Part shown: positions 1 to 10,167 of the stretch, piece after piece | Layout: each line of letters begins with the position of its first letter | Numbering within the stretch: the first letter of the stretch is position 1 | NCBI GenBank assembly: GCA_963788655.1 | Contig: CAWBHS010000045.1 | Location: 1 to 59,585 of the forward strand | DNA from: an uncultured Verrucomicrobiae bacterium | GTDB lineage: Bacteria > Verrucomicrobiota > Verrucomicrobiia > Limisphaerales > JAFGQR01 | DNA length: 59,585 nucleotides | Direction of reading: 5' to 3' | Notes under the pieces: model-generated | Database searches by the model: none | Seen by the model: only the letters and a program-made list of their open reading frames with translations | What the model was told of the DNA's origin: nothing | Translations under genes and position numbers: made by a program

Positions 1-51
1 GTGTATTGCTGCGGAGCGAAGCGGAGCCAGCAACTACACCCCTGGTTGAAC
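1..51 (-). other. attC-like recombination site (truncated by window edge)
   Basis: Minus strand reads GTTCAAC (RYYYAAC)-CAGGG-GTGTAGTTGCTG..CTTCGCT..CAGCAATACAC; arms 1-11 and 28-39 pair with one extrahelical base (pos 34). Confidence 0.6.
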
Positions 52-329
52 AAGCCCGAACGACGCGGCGGTTCGCCAGAGCCTATGGCACTTGTATTTG
101 AGCCGAAGGACTAGCTCGATGGGTCGGAGCGGCGCTTTTGAAGGAGAGCCCGGGAACGATGAAGGAGATGGGAAGCGGGCCGAACGTAAAGTGCGCGCGG
201 TTTAGTGGAGGTGGAGGCTGGGAAAAGGTGGCTTGGAGGAGAGGTTTCCCCGATTCGACCGCCGAGGGGCTCACGCGCCGCAAGCGCTTCCGCCCGCGGA
301 ACCTCGGATTGTTCTGAGGCGGGGTATTC

Positions 330-1463
330 ATGCGGCGATGGCAGCGGCGTCAACCGCGGTGGGATCGGGTGGCGTGGCGGTTGCCGCGGGGGCGCGTTTC
401 CGTGCCCATCGGCCAACCGACGCGAGGAAGCGCGTCGGCCCGCCGCCACCGGGACAGGGCGGAGTGGAACGGGAGGAAGGGGCCACCGTGGGCTCGCCCA
501 ATTGCCCGGCAAGCCACTGTGGCACTGCACGCGCAGACGCTGGGCCTTGGCGGTGGGATGACAGAACCCGTAATAGCGGACCGAGCGCAGGCCTCGCGGC
601 AGGACGTGCCGCAGGTAGCGGGCACAACTCGATGCCCGGCAACGTCAACTGTGCGAGGCGATCGTGATCGCGTCCTTCCACCGGAAGGTCACCGTCTGGT
701 CCCGACCGCCACGATGCGTTCGTCGCGGATGGCCGTGCGCGCCACATAGGTGCCGAGGTATTTCACGGCGGGAACCCCCGCGCCGACCGGTCTGATTTGG
801 ACATTCCACTCCGTGGACCAGACGGCCGGATCGACGGGCCAGTTGTTTTCCTTGAAGCGCCGGTAGCAGTGCTGACGGAAGGCGGCTTTCAAATGCCCCA
901 GGAACACCAGGCGATCCTCGTTCTTGCCGCGGACGAAGTGGCCGCCGGCATCCAGCCCCGCGCCGGGCACCAGGCAGTGGAGGTGCGGATGAAACTCCAG
1001 GCGCTGGGTCCAGGTATGCAAGACGGCGGTGAAGCCGCTGCGGTGGGCGCCCAGGTTTTTGTCGGCGGCCAACTTTTCCGCAAGGCGCCGGAGACGGCGT
1101 GAAAGAAGAGGTCGTAAGCCTGGGGGCGTGGGGCCCGAAGAACTGCCCGCGCAGTTCGGCCGGGAGCGTGCAGGTGCCCAGGAAGTAGGGAGCGCGCACG
1201 AGCTGGGCCAATCCCCGCTGGACCCCTCGGGCGGTGGCTTGGCGGCCACACTGCGGACAGGCTTTGTGGTTGCAGGAATGCCAGGCGAAGTGAACGCGGC
1301 CGCAGGCTTTGTCTGCGCAGGCAAAAGCCTGCCCGCCCAAGGCCGGCGTGCGGCAATGGGTGAAGGCCCAGAGGGCGCGGCGTTGTTCCTCCGCCAGCGG
1401 CGGATGGGTTTCCAGGAACGCGGGCAGGAACCGACGCCGCGCCCCGATGACGGTGGCGCTCAC
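330..1463 (-). pseudogene. IS91-family transposase (Zn-binding + Y2 domains), frameshifted
   Basis: CRTPALGG..C..CG..HSCNHKACPQCG Zn region; HTW..HPHLHCLVPG HUH motif; KYLGTYV YxxxY; pieces lie in several frames; 3' end approximate. Confidence 0.85.
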
Positions 1464-1487
1464 GCGAGCGGACGCGGAGGTAGCCGA

Positions 1488-2496
1488 CCACCGCGGCAGC
1501 CCGCGGCCCAGCGCGGCCATGAGCTGCCAGGCGTCCTGGGCGCTCTGGTGGGTCAAGTGCAGGTAGATCATCGTCGAGGTGATCTGCTTGTGCCCCAGCA
1601 ACCGTTGAATGGTGGGCCGGTGGGCGCCCGCCTCGAGCCAGTGGGTGGCAAAACTATGGCGGAAGGAATGCAGCGAGGCGGCGGGGATGTTCAATTGCTT
1701 GCGGGCCAGAATCAATAGCCGCGGCAACGAGGAGGGCGGCATGGGACCGGTGGCGGCGTGCATGCGCGCGGCCAGCGCCTGGGGCGTGTGCGCCCCGCGG
1801 CCGACATTGGGAAAGAGCAACAGGGGATGGCGGTGGAACGCCCAATAGGCCCGCAGCTCCTGATAGAGGGACGTGGGCAACGGCAGCATCCGATCCCGCT
1901 GGCCCTTGCCGCGGCGAATCCGCAACTTGTTTTCCCGGCCGTGAACAGCGTGAATCGTCAGGCCCAGCATTCGCTCAAGCGCAAGCCGCAGACATAGATG
2001 AGTTTGATGGGCGTGCGATAGCGGCGCAGGCGGATGAAGGTCAGCAGATCGTGGACTTGCGGGCGGGTGAGCACCGCGGGCAAGCGGTCATGATCCTTGG
2101 CGCGGATCCGGGCAAAGACCTGCCAGTCGGGATGCGCCAGGTGCTCGACAAAGAACAGGCGCGCCGCGGCCAGGGCCTGGCGGATGGACTTGGGCTGCCA
2201 GTGCTTCTGGAGCTTGACCATCAGGAAATAGTCGCGCAGTTGGTCCTCGGTGAGCATGCTGGGGTCGGCGCCGAAATGCTCGTGGATCAGGCGCACCTGC
2301 CGGTAATAGGCGGGCCGGGGCGATTGGCGTCATAGCGCAGGGCCAGCACGTCGGCGAAGCGGGCCAGGCACGGGTAGGGATGCTGGTAATCGACCGGGTT
2401 GACATACTCGCGCCCGGTCGTGCGGATGGCGGGGAGGTTGGGGTTGAGGTTGGTTTTGGTGGGGTTGCCATTCGCGGCATGTTTTTTAGTTTTCAT
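1488..2496 (-). pseudogene. Tyrosine recombinase/integrase, frameshifted, stop apparently lost
   Basis: YVCGLRLSE, GKGQRDR, HSFRHSFATH, LLGH..ITSTMIY motifs spread over ORFs 2287-2496, 1958-2296 and 645-1970. Confidence 0.85.
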
Positions 2497-2591
2497 GCCC
2501 CGCCAGCATGATAGATTGCAGCCATGTCGCTGACCGATAATTTGCCGCCAAGCTCAACCGCGTCCGACCACCTTCGCCGCGCAGCGGCTTT

Positions 2592-2710
2592 GTTCAACAA
2601 GTTGGTGGAGATGAACCGCCGCCCCGCTTCTCCGTTCAACGCTGGGCAGCAGTTTGGGAAAGCCTCGTGAGTCCACCGTCCCAGTCGGCGGCGGTCGCTC
2701 AGTTTCGGTC
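2592..2710 (+). other. attC-like site with degenerate or missing R' end
   Basis: GTTCAAC at 2592, then AACCGCCGCC (2614) pairing with GGCGGCGGT (2687); no GTTRRRY at the expected right end. Confidence 0.6.
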
Positions 2711-2926
2711 CCCATCGACGCACCGCCAAAATTCCGCTTCGGTTAGCGGCTTTACGGCGCCACTTTCGATCTCATGATCACGCCGTTCTGCCTCGGCCAG
2801 TTCCTCGGCCTCCGAACACTCCTCCGTGAGCGGTGGCATGGAATCCAACAACGACTCGGTTATAATGACACGCTGTGCCACTGGCAAGGCGAGCACCGTC
2901 TTTTGGATTTCCGCGATTCCAGACAT
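2699..2926 (-). CDS. Putative addiction module component (antitoxin, TIGR02574-like)
   Basis: 75 aa; LALPVAQR..LLDS..EAERRDHEIESGAVKPLT pattern. Confidence 0.75.
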   Translation of the reverse strand: MSGIAEIQKTVLALPVAQRVIITESLLDSMPPLTEECSEAEELAEAERRDHEIESGAVKPLTEAEFWRCVDGDRN

Positions 2927-2932
2927 GGCTCA

Positions 2933-2961
2933 AGGCTACCGTCGAGGCCGCCATTTGGCAA
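2933..2961 (-). promoter_or_regulatory. Sigma70-like promoter of antitoxin (leaderless geometry)
   Basis: TTGCCA-17 nt-TAGCCT-6 nt-ATG. Confidence 0.55.
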
Positions 2962-3150
2962 GATGCGGCCGGTTCGGAAGCTCGTGATTTCAGGCATCTT
3001 TAATACGGTGGCGCCAACCGGCGAAAACCGTGCGCCAAGTTGGTCATCAGGAATACGGCGTTGCGCACAATAATCCCAGGCCAGAAATAGCGCACTGGCC
3101 TTTGGAGCATCAAAGGACTACTTGCGGCAGTTAAGACTGATAAAACAAGA

Positions 3151-3244
3151 GCCTAACCAAACCGGATGCACCGAACCCCGCGATTGCGCTGCTGTTGCAA
3201 GCTGGGCGTCAGGGGCGCGGGATCGCTGATTCGCATTGTCGTGC
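3151..3244 (+). other. attC-like site (degenerate R')
   Basis: GCCTAAC..GGATGCACCGAACCCCGCG ... CGCGGGATCGCTGATTC..GTCGTGC imperfect hairpin. Confidence 0.6.
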
Positions 3245-3270
3245 AGGAATCGCTTGCGTAGGCTGCGACC

Positions 3271-5430
3271 ATGCAAAAGCCTATCGCCCATTTCACCGCT
3301 TGCATTTTCGTCTGGACCGCCGCGCTGATCATTGGGGCTGGTGCCGCCGCCGCGGAATCAGTCCGCCATCCCGAACCGGCTCGCACCAAAGGCTGGAGTT
3401 GGAAGACGCCGCCCGACGAGGTGCGCCCCGCCTCTGGCAAGCGCAGCCACGTGTTTTACGTCGGGGAACCGGTAACGTTCAAATTGGGCGGCGCCGCAGC
3501 GACTTACGAAGTCCGCAATTATTGGGGCGACCTTGTGGACCAGGGACCGGCTGGCGCCTCCGTGACACTGCCCGTGACCGAGCCGGGTTGGTATAAGCTT
3601 TACGTTTATGGGAAGGAAGTCCGCAAGGAATGGGGCGACATCGTCGGGACCACCATGTTTGTCATTTTGCGGAACGACCCGCGCTTTCCGCCGCTGCCGG
3701 CGCGGTCCGTGTCCGGAGGCAGTTATCCCTCGATGGACGAGCCGATGCGCGGAGTGCTCGGCATTGGCCCGCAACGGCACGCCGCCCGCAATCTGGACAA
3801 GTTGGATGACGTGTTCAAAGCCCTCGACGGCGACGTGGCGCTCGACACGAACTACTACCTGCCGTTCGACCCGGCGCGGAAACGCGCGTTGATGATGGCT
3901 TTCCCGAACGGCACAAAAGGCAAGCTGGACGCCGTGCGCCAGGTGGTTGAACGCTTCAAGGACCAGGTGCGCTATTGGGAGCCGCGCAATGAACCCAACT
4001 TCGGCGCAAGCGGGGCGGCGTTCGTCACGAATGAGTTGAAAGATTTCTACGCGACAGTGAAAGCGGTCGATCCAAACCTGAAGGTGATGGGGCCTGGCAC
4101 CGTCAGCGTCGGGCCGCAACTCCAAGGTTGGTTGGAGGACTTCTTCAAAGCCGGCGGCGGACGTTATCTCGATGTCTTTTCGTTCCACGTTTATAACGGC
4201 ATCAACGGCGACCTGTTTCTTGCGCGCAAAACGATGGACACGCTGCAAGCCACGCTCGCGCGTTATGGTTTGGAAAAGATCGAGAAATGGCAGACCGAGC
4301 AGGGCTTTTTCGCCTCGGTTTATGGCTCGTATCAGCCACGGCTCCAGGCGCGCTGGACGATGCTCGAGATGATGGTCTTCGAGCAATACGGCTTTCCGCG
4401 GGAGCACAACCATCTGTGGTACGACAAGAGCCACGGGTTCTGGGACGTGCCCACTTGGTGGGAAAACGATGATGGCTCGCTCAACCCGGTGGCCGCCCTG
4501 ATGCGCGTCTTCGCGGAGGAACTCTATCGGGAAGACGTTCACGCGCGCGCTCGATTTCGGCAAGGACGGCAACAAGCTGTATCTCGGCAGTCTCTTCGTC
4601 GGCGGAGGCAAAACCGTGGCGGCGTTTCATGAACGCCGGTTGTGGGATGGGCCGGGTCGAATTGCGCGTCCGTCGAGCAAACAAACTCCAGGTCGTCTCG
4701 GCGTTCGGAGTCTCCTCCGAGCTGCCGGTGGTCGATGGCACACGCGATCCTTAAGGTGCCGGAGATTCCCGTCTATGTGGAACTGAGCGACGGGCAGGAA
4801 ATCGAAGTCGTTCCCCAGAATTGGGGCCGGAATCTCGCGCGCCTGCCCGGCGTGACGGCTACCGCCTCCGGCACCGGGGCGCATCCGGTGGATCCGAAAA
4901 TTCCGAATAGCATTGATAAGATCCACAACGGCGAATACGAAAACTGGTATTGGGCGCAAAAGCCGGCCGCGCAAGAATGGATGGATGACACCAAGGGCTT
5001 TCCCGCCTGGGTCGAACTGCGGTTGCCATCGGCGATGCCGGTCGGGCGCGTCGTGGTGTTTTGCGGGGTTCCCTGGCAATGGCGCGGGACGTTCCTGGAT
5101 TACGAATTGCAATACGAAAAGGACGGCCAATGGGTGACGATCCAGCGAATCACCGAGCCAACCAAAACCTTTGGTGTTTACTCGCCGCCCACCCGCACAA
5201 CGGTCGATAGCTTTTTCTCCGACCGTTGGATTTTTGAGAACGTCTTTCCACCAGTTACGACCTCCAAGATTCGTCTGCTGGTCCACGACACGACCTTCGG
5301 CGGCGGCGCGACCAGCAATGTCCCCGAAGCCGGCGGCCAGACTGGGCCGCATCAAATTACCCTGCGCGAAGTCGAGATTTACGGCTCGGCATCGGAGCGG
5401 ATTTCCGGAACTGCCGCGAAGCGTGAGTAG
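3271..5430 (+). CDS. Secreted clan GH-A glycoside hydrolase (GH39-like) with C-terminal F5/8-type (discoidin-like) domain; frameshifted near 4530-4740
   Basis: Signal peptide; WEPRNEPN acid/base and WQTEQG nucleophile motifs; C-terminal WVELRL..FPPVTTSKIRL..LREVEIY. Confidence 0.65.
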
Positions 5431-5632
5431 GAAATCGGAACGCGCCGTCAAACAGCAACCGCTGCCGACAAGAGCGCCGCCATCCGGGCACACGACCACT
5501 TACCGGAAAAGGAGGGTTGCGGAGCATTGCGCCAACGCCGGGTCATTCCCGGACTGCGACTGGGCACCGAGCCTGTTTGCCGCCACGTCTTGGGAACGAA
5601 AAGGAGATCACGCTCCCGGAAGATCGAGGCTA

Positions 5633-6617
5633 CTACAGCCACTTCTTCTTTTTGAAGATCCATAGTTGCACGAAAACAATGAGCAGCAGCAGCCCGAGGA
5701 AAATGGTAAACGCCCAGGGGTTCTCCGCTCCTGGGATGCCACCTACGTTGATGCCCAACAGCCCGGTAAAGAAGCCCAAGGGCAAAAAGATGGCGGCAAT
5801 GATGGATAAGACATACATCCGTTTGTTGAGTTGATCGGAAAGGCGGTTCACCAACTCTTCCTGGGTCACCACCGCGCGATCCCGGACAGCCTCCAGATCC
5901 TCGAGATGTCGAATCAAGTGGTCTCCCTACTTCCCGCAACCGCAAGCGGTCCAGCTCGCTCAGCCAGGAAATCTTCTCGGTTTGCAGGCGCAACAGCGCC
6001 TCCCGTTGCGGAGCCAGGAAGCGTCGCAGCCCAATCACTTGCCGGCGCAACGAGGCAAGTTCGTTGCGGAGTTCGTGGCTTCCGGCCGTCAGCACCGCTT
6101 CCTCGAGTTCGGCCATGCGGTTCTCCGCCTCTTCGATGACATCGCCCATCCGCGAGGTGAGTTTGTCGGCCAATTCGATCAGGAATTCGCTCGGATTCAC
6201 GGGACCTTGCTTGCGGTCCAACGCCTCGACAATGTCTTTAACGGAAAGCAGAATTCGCTTCCGGGTGCTGATGATGCGGTGCTGATCAATCCACAGTCGA
6301 ATGGCCACCATATCTTCGGGATCGGCGCCGGGATTGAGGTTGACTCCGCGCAGCGCGATTAACAATCCGTCGCCAATCGCGGTGGCGCGCGGTCGGGTTT
6401 CCCCGGCGGAAAGCGCTTCGGAGACTAATTCGTCCAGGCCACTGCCTTGAACCAGCCATTCGCGGGCCGAAGGCTCGGTATAATCAAAGTGCAACCACAA
6501 CACGCCGTCCGTCGGCTGCCACGTCGAAACGTCCGCCCAAGTCAGTTTGGTTGCGCTCCCGGCCCCGTCGAACCGGTAGGCACGCAGGAGTCCGGTGCAG
6601 TTAGCGGTATCTTCCAT
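5633..6617 (-). CDS. zntB: CorA-family zinc transporter ZntB; frameshift near 5920
   Basis: LWLHFDY, ETRPR, LRGVNLNPGADPEDMV; C-terminal FLPLGFFTGLLGINVGGIPG. Confidence 0.85.
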
Positions 6618-6929
6618 GGTAAATCAGAACAGCCGATCAGCCCGTTAAACCGTGGCACGCTGAACTCAAGTCAGCCGGGAAACAAGCGCTAAAACCATGG
6701 CTGGCTCAAGCGCTCCCCGGTCCTGTGAGGGCCAGCGCTACGCAGTCTCTGTTTGCTGCGCTTGCGCGGCCACACCATCAGGAAACTGTCGCCAGATAAT
6801 CAGGCCTTTCCTTTGAGAGATGCCCATCGGCAGCCAATGTCCCAGGGGCGGAAGCTCAGTTTTTGATACCCATTGCCTCGCGCTGTTGATACGTTCAATC
6901 CCATGACACTGTGAATCCTTGGCAAGCTG

Positions 6930-8505
6930 ATGACGATGATGAAATCCCTGATCCGAATAACTCTCTGGTTGGTGCTGAGCGGATGGCTGATGCTTCCGGC
7001 GTCCGCGGCACCTAAATCCACCCTGCGCGGCACTCGCCCGAACATTGTGCTCATCATGTGCGATGACATGGGATGGTCGGACATCGGTTGTTACGGCGGT
7101 GAAATTCGCACGCCTCATCTCGACCGGTTGGCGGCCGAGGGCTTGCGGTTTACCCAATTTTACAATTGCGCCAAATGTACCACCACCCGCGCCGCGTTGA
7201 TTACGGGGCTGTATCCGCGCCAGGACAAGGGGCAACCCTTGCTGCGGGAAAACATGGTGACGATTGCCGAAGTCCTCAAAGCCGCCGGCTATCAAACTTC
7301 CCTCAGTGGCAAATGGCACCTCGGGGCCAAAGCGCCGCTCCGCCCCATCGATCGGGGCTTCGACGAGGTACTATGGCTTGCTGGACGGCTGCTGCAATTA
7401 TTTCAATCCCGCGCGGCCCGATCCGAAGTTCAAAGGCGGACGCGTCCGGGTCTTTGCGCACAACGACCAGCGAATCACCAAATTTCCGCCGGGCTTTTAC
7501 ACAACGGACGCCTTCACCGATCACGCCATAACAATGATCCGGCAATTCGCAGCCAAGCCCCAACCCTTCTTCGTGCATGTGACCTACAACGCACCGCACT
7601 ATCCGTTGCACGCGCCGCCGGAAGACATCGCGCGCTACACGGGCAAGTATCTCGAGGGCTGGACCGCATTGCGCGAACGCCGGCACCAACGCCAGGTGGC
7701 CATGGGCCTCATCGATCCGGCATGGCAATTACCCGGGCCGGATCCGGAGGTGGTTGATTGGGCGACCGAAACGAACCGAGTTTGGCAGGACCGTCGCATG
7801 GCCGTCTATGCCGCGATGGTGGATCGCATGGACCAGAACATTGGGCGCCTGCTCGCGACGTTGAAAGAAACCGGCGTCGAAACCAACACGCTGGTAATGT
7901 TTCTCTCGGACAACGGCGGTTGCAGCGAACACTATGCGCAAGACCGGCCCGAAGTGACGCCTGGCACGGAGGAAACTTATACAACCTGCGGCCCGAGTTG
8001 GGCCTACGCGGAGAACACGCCATTCCGCCGCTACAAAACGTGGATGCACGAAGGCGGCATCTCGACGCCGATGATCGCCCGTTGGCCCGGCATCATCAAA
8101 CCGGGTGGACTCACACGCCAGGTGGGCCACATCATTGATTTCCTGCCCACCTGCCTGGCACTGGCGGGTGGCGCGTATCCCCAGCGCTTCCACGACCACG
8201 CCATCCTGCCGGTCGAGGGCCTTGGTCTCCTGCCGATTTTCGCCGGTCAGGAACGCGCGGGGCATCCGGTGCTGTGGTGGGAGTACACCGGCAACCGGGC
8301 CATCCGAGAGGGTAACTGGAAATTGTGCTGGGACAAGAAGGTCAAACACTGGGAGCTTTACGATATGGTGGCGGATCGGACGGAGACGCATGATCTGGCC
8401 GCCCAACATCCGGACCGGGTCCAACGCATGAGCGCTTCGTGGCTGGCCTGGGCGAAGGAAACCGGCGTCCAAAACCGGAAGAATGCTGTGACCAAGAATC
8501 ATTAG
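6930..8505 (+). CDS. Arylsulfatase (formylglycine-dependent); frameshift near 7368
   Basis: PNIVLIMCDDMG, CTTTRAALITG, GKWHLG, SDNG, YKTWMHEGG. Confidence 0.9.
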
Positions 8506-8512
8506 ACCAATT

Positions 8513-10094
8513 ATGAAATCCAAGCTCGCGTCAACCTGTATCGTTCGCTCTTTGAAACGAACCTCAACGTGCTGTAGCCGCCGACGTGAGGAGGCGGACG
8601 CGCCTAATCCTGACCGTGCTCCGGCTCCTCACGTCGGCGGCTACAACAGGCGTGAATTCGGTGTGCTGGTTCTCGCCGTTACGGTATTCCTCGCCGCTCT
8701 GGGCAGCGTCGTTCCCGCCCAAGCTGCGGAAGCAGCCAAGCCGAACATCCTGTTCATTTTCGCCGACGACCAATGCTTTCGAAACCATCAACGCCCTGGG
8801 CAATCACGAGGTGAAGACGCCGAACCTTGACCGGTTGGTCGAAGGCGGCACCACGTTCACGCACGCCTACAACATGGGGTCGTGGAGCGGGGCGGTTTGT
8901 ATATGCAGCCGCACCATGTTGAACACCGGCCGGTTCCTTTGGCCCATCCATCCGCTCCAGAAAAAACTGGAACCGGAACGGCAGGCTGGACGCATCTGGG
9001 CCGAACCACTCAAGCGCGCCGGTTACCGCACTTACATGACCGGCAAATGGCACGTGAGCGTTGACCCCACGAAAGTGTTCGACGTGACGAAGGACGTTCG
9101 CGGCGGCATGCCCAATCAAACGCCGGAAGGCTACAACCGTCCCCTCGAAGGCCAGCCCGACCCATGGAAACCGTGGGATCCGAAGTTCGGCGGCTACTGG
9201 AAAGGCGGCAAACACTGGAGCGAAGTCGTGGGGGACCACGCCACCGAGTTCCTCACCGCCGCCGCGCAGAGCGAGCAACCGTTTTTCATGTATATCGCGT
9301 TCAACGCCCCGCACGATCCGCGGCAGTCGCCCAAGCAATTTGTCGATATGTATCCGCTCGACCGAATCAGTGTGCCCGCCAATTTTCTGCCCGAGTATCC
9401 CTTCAAGGACGCCATGGGCTGCGGCAAAAGCTTGCGTGATGAACGGTTGGCGCCCTTCCCGCGGACCGAATACGCCGTCAAAGTCAACCGCCAGGAGTAT
9501 TACGCCATCATCACCCACATGGACGTGCAGATCGGGCGCATTCTTGAAGCCTTCGAGAAGTCCGGCAAAGCCAATAACACCTACCTCTTTTTCACGGCCG
9601 ATCATGGTCTGGCCGTCGGACAACATGGCCTGATCGGCAAACAGAACCTTTACGATCACAGCGTGCGGGTGCCATTCATCGTGGTGGGACCGGGCATTGC
9701 CAAGGGCCGGAAAATCGAGGCGCCCATTTACCTCCAGGACGTCATGCCCACCACGCTGGAACTGGCCGGTATTCCCAAACCCGCCCACGTCCAATTCCAC
9801 AGTCTGGTGCCATTGCTCCGCGGGGAAACGGAGCGTTCGGCGTACGACGCCATTTACGGTGCCTATCTCAACTTGCAACGCGCGGTCACCTTCGAGGGTT
9901 ACAAACTGATTCTTTACCCAAAAATCCAGAAGGCGTTGCTTTATGATCTGCGGCACGACCCGTTGGAAATGACGGACCTGGCCGGCCGCCCGGATAGCAA
10001 ACCACGCCTGAAAACGTTGTTCGCCAAACTGCTCGAATTGCAGCAGCAAACCGGGGACAAGCTGGATTTGAAAGCCGCGTTTGACGGTTTCTGA
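8513..10094 (+). CDS. Sulfatase-like hydrolase (choline-sulfatase-like); frameshift near 8780
   Basis: KPNILFIFADDQ, CICSRTMLNTG, GKWH, ADHG..GKQNLYDHS. Confidence 0.88.
8573..8645. repeat. GTAG-type REP doublet, family A
   Basis: Perfect 21-bp inverted repeat TGTAGCCGCCGACGTGAGGAG / CTCCTCACGTCGGCGGCTACA. Confidence 0.85.
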
Positions 10095-10167
10095 ATCGGA
10101 TTGTCGCGCCAAAACCCACCCGCTTTCGGATTGCCACGGACCTTCTCTAGATGCATTGTCCCGGCAA

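Larger units (their letters stand above)
45..2598 (-). mobile_element. IS91-like element with upstream tyrosine recombinase, degenerate
   Basis: Recombinase and HUH/Y2 transposase in tandem; imperfect inverted ends (revcomp of 45-70 CGCCGCGTCGTTCGGGCTTGTTCAAC vs 2575-2598 CGCCGCGCAGCGGCTTTGTTCAAC). Confidence 0.75.

Noticed and set aside
645..1970. Recombinase-transposase fusion protein
   Set aside because: The read-through is best explained by a lost stop codon (TGG at 1488-1490) in a decayed element
1488..2496. Integron integrase IntI
   Set aside because: No recognisable IntI-specific insertion before the LFP patch; it is paired with an IS91-type transposase
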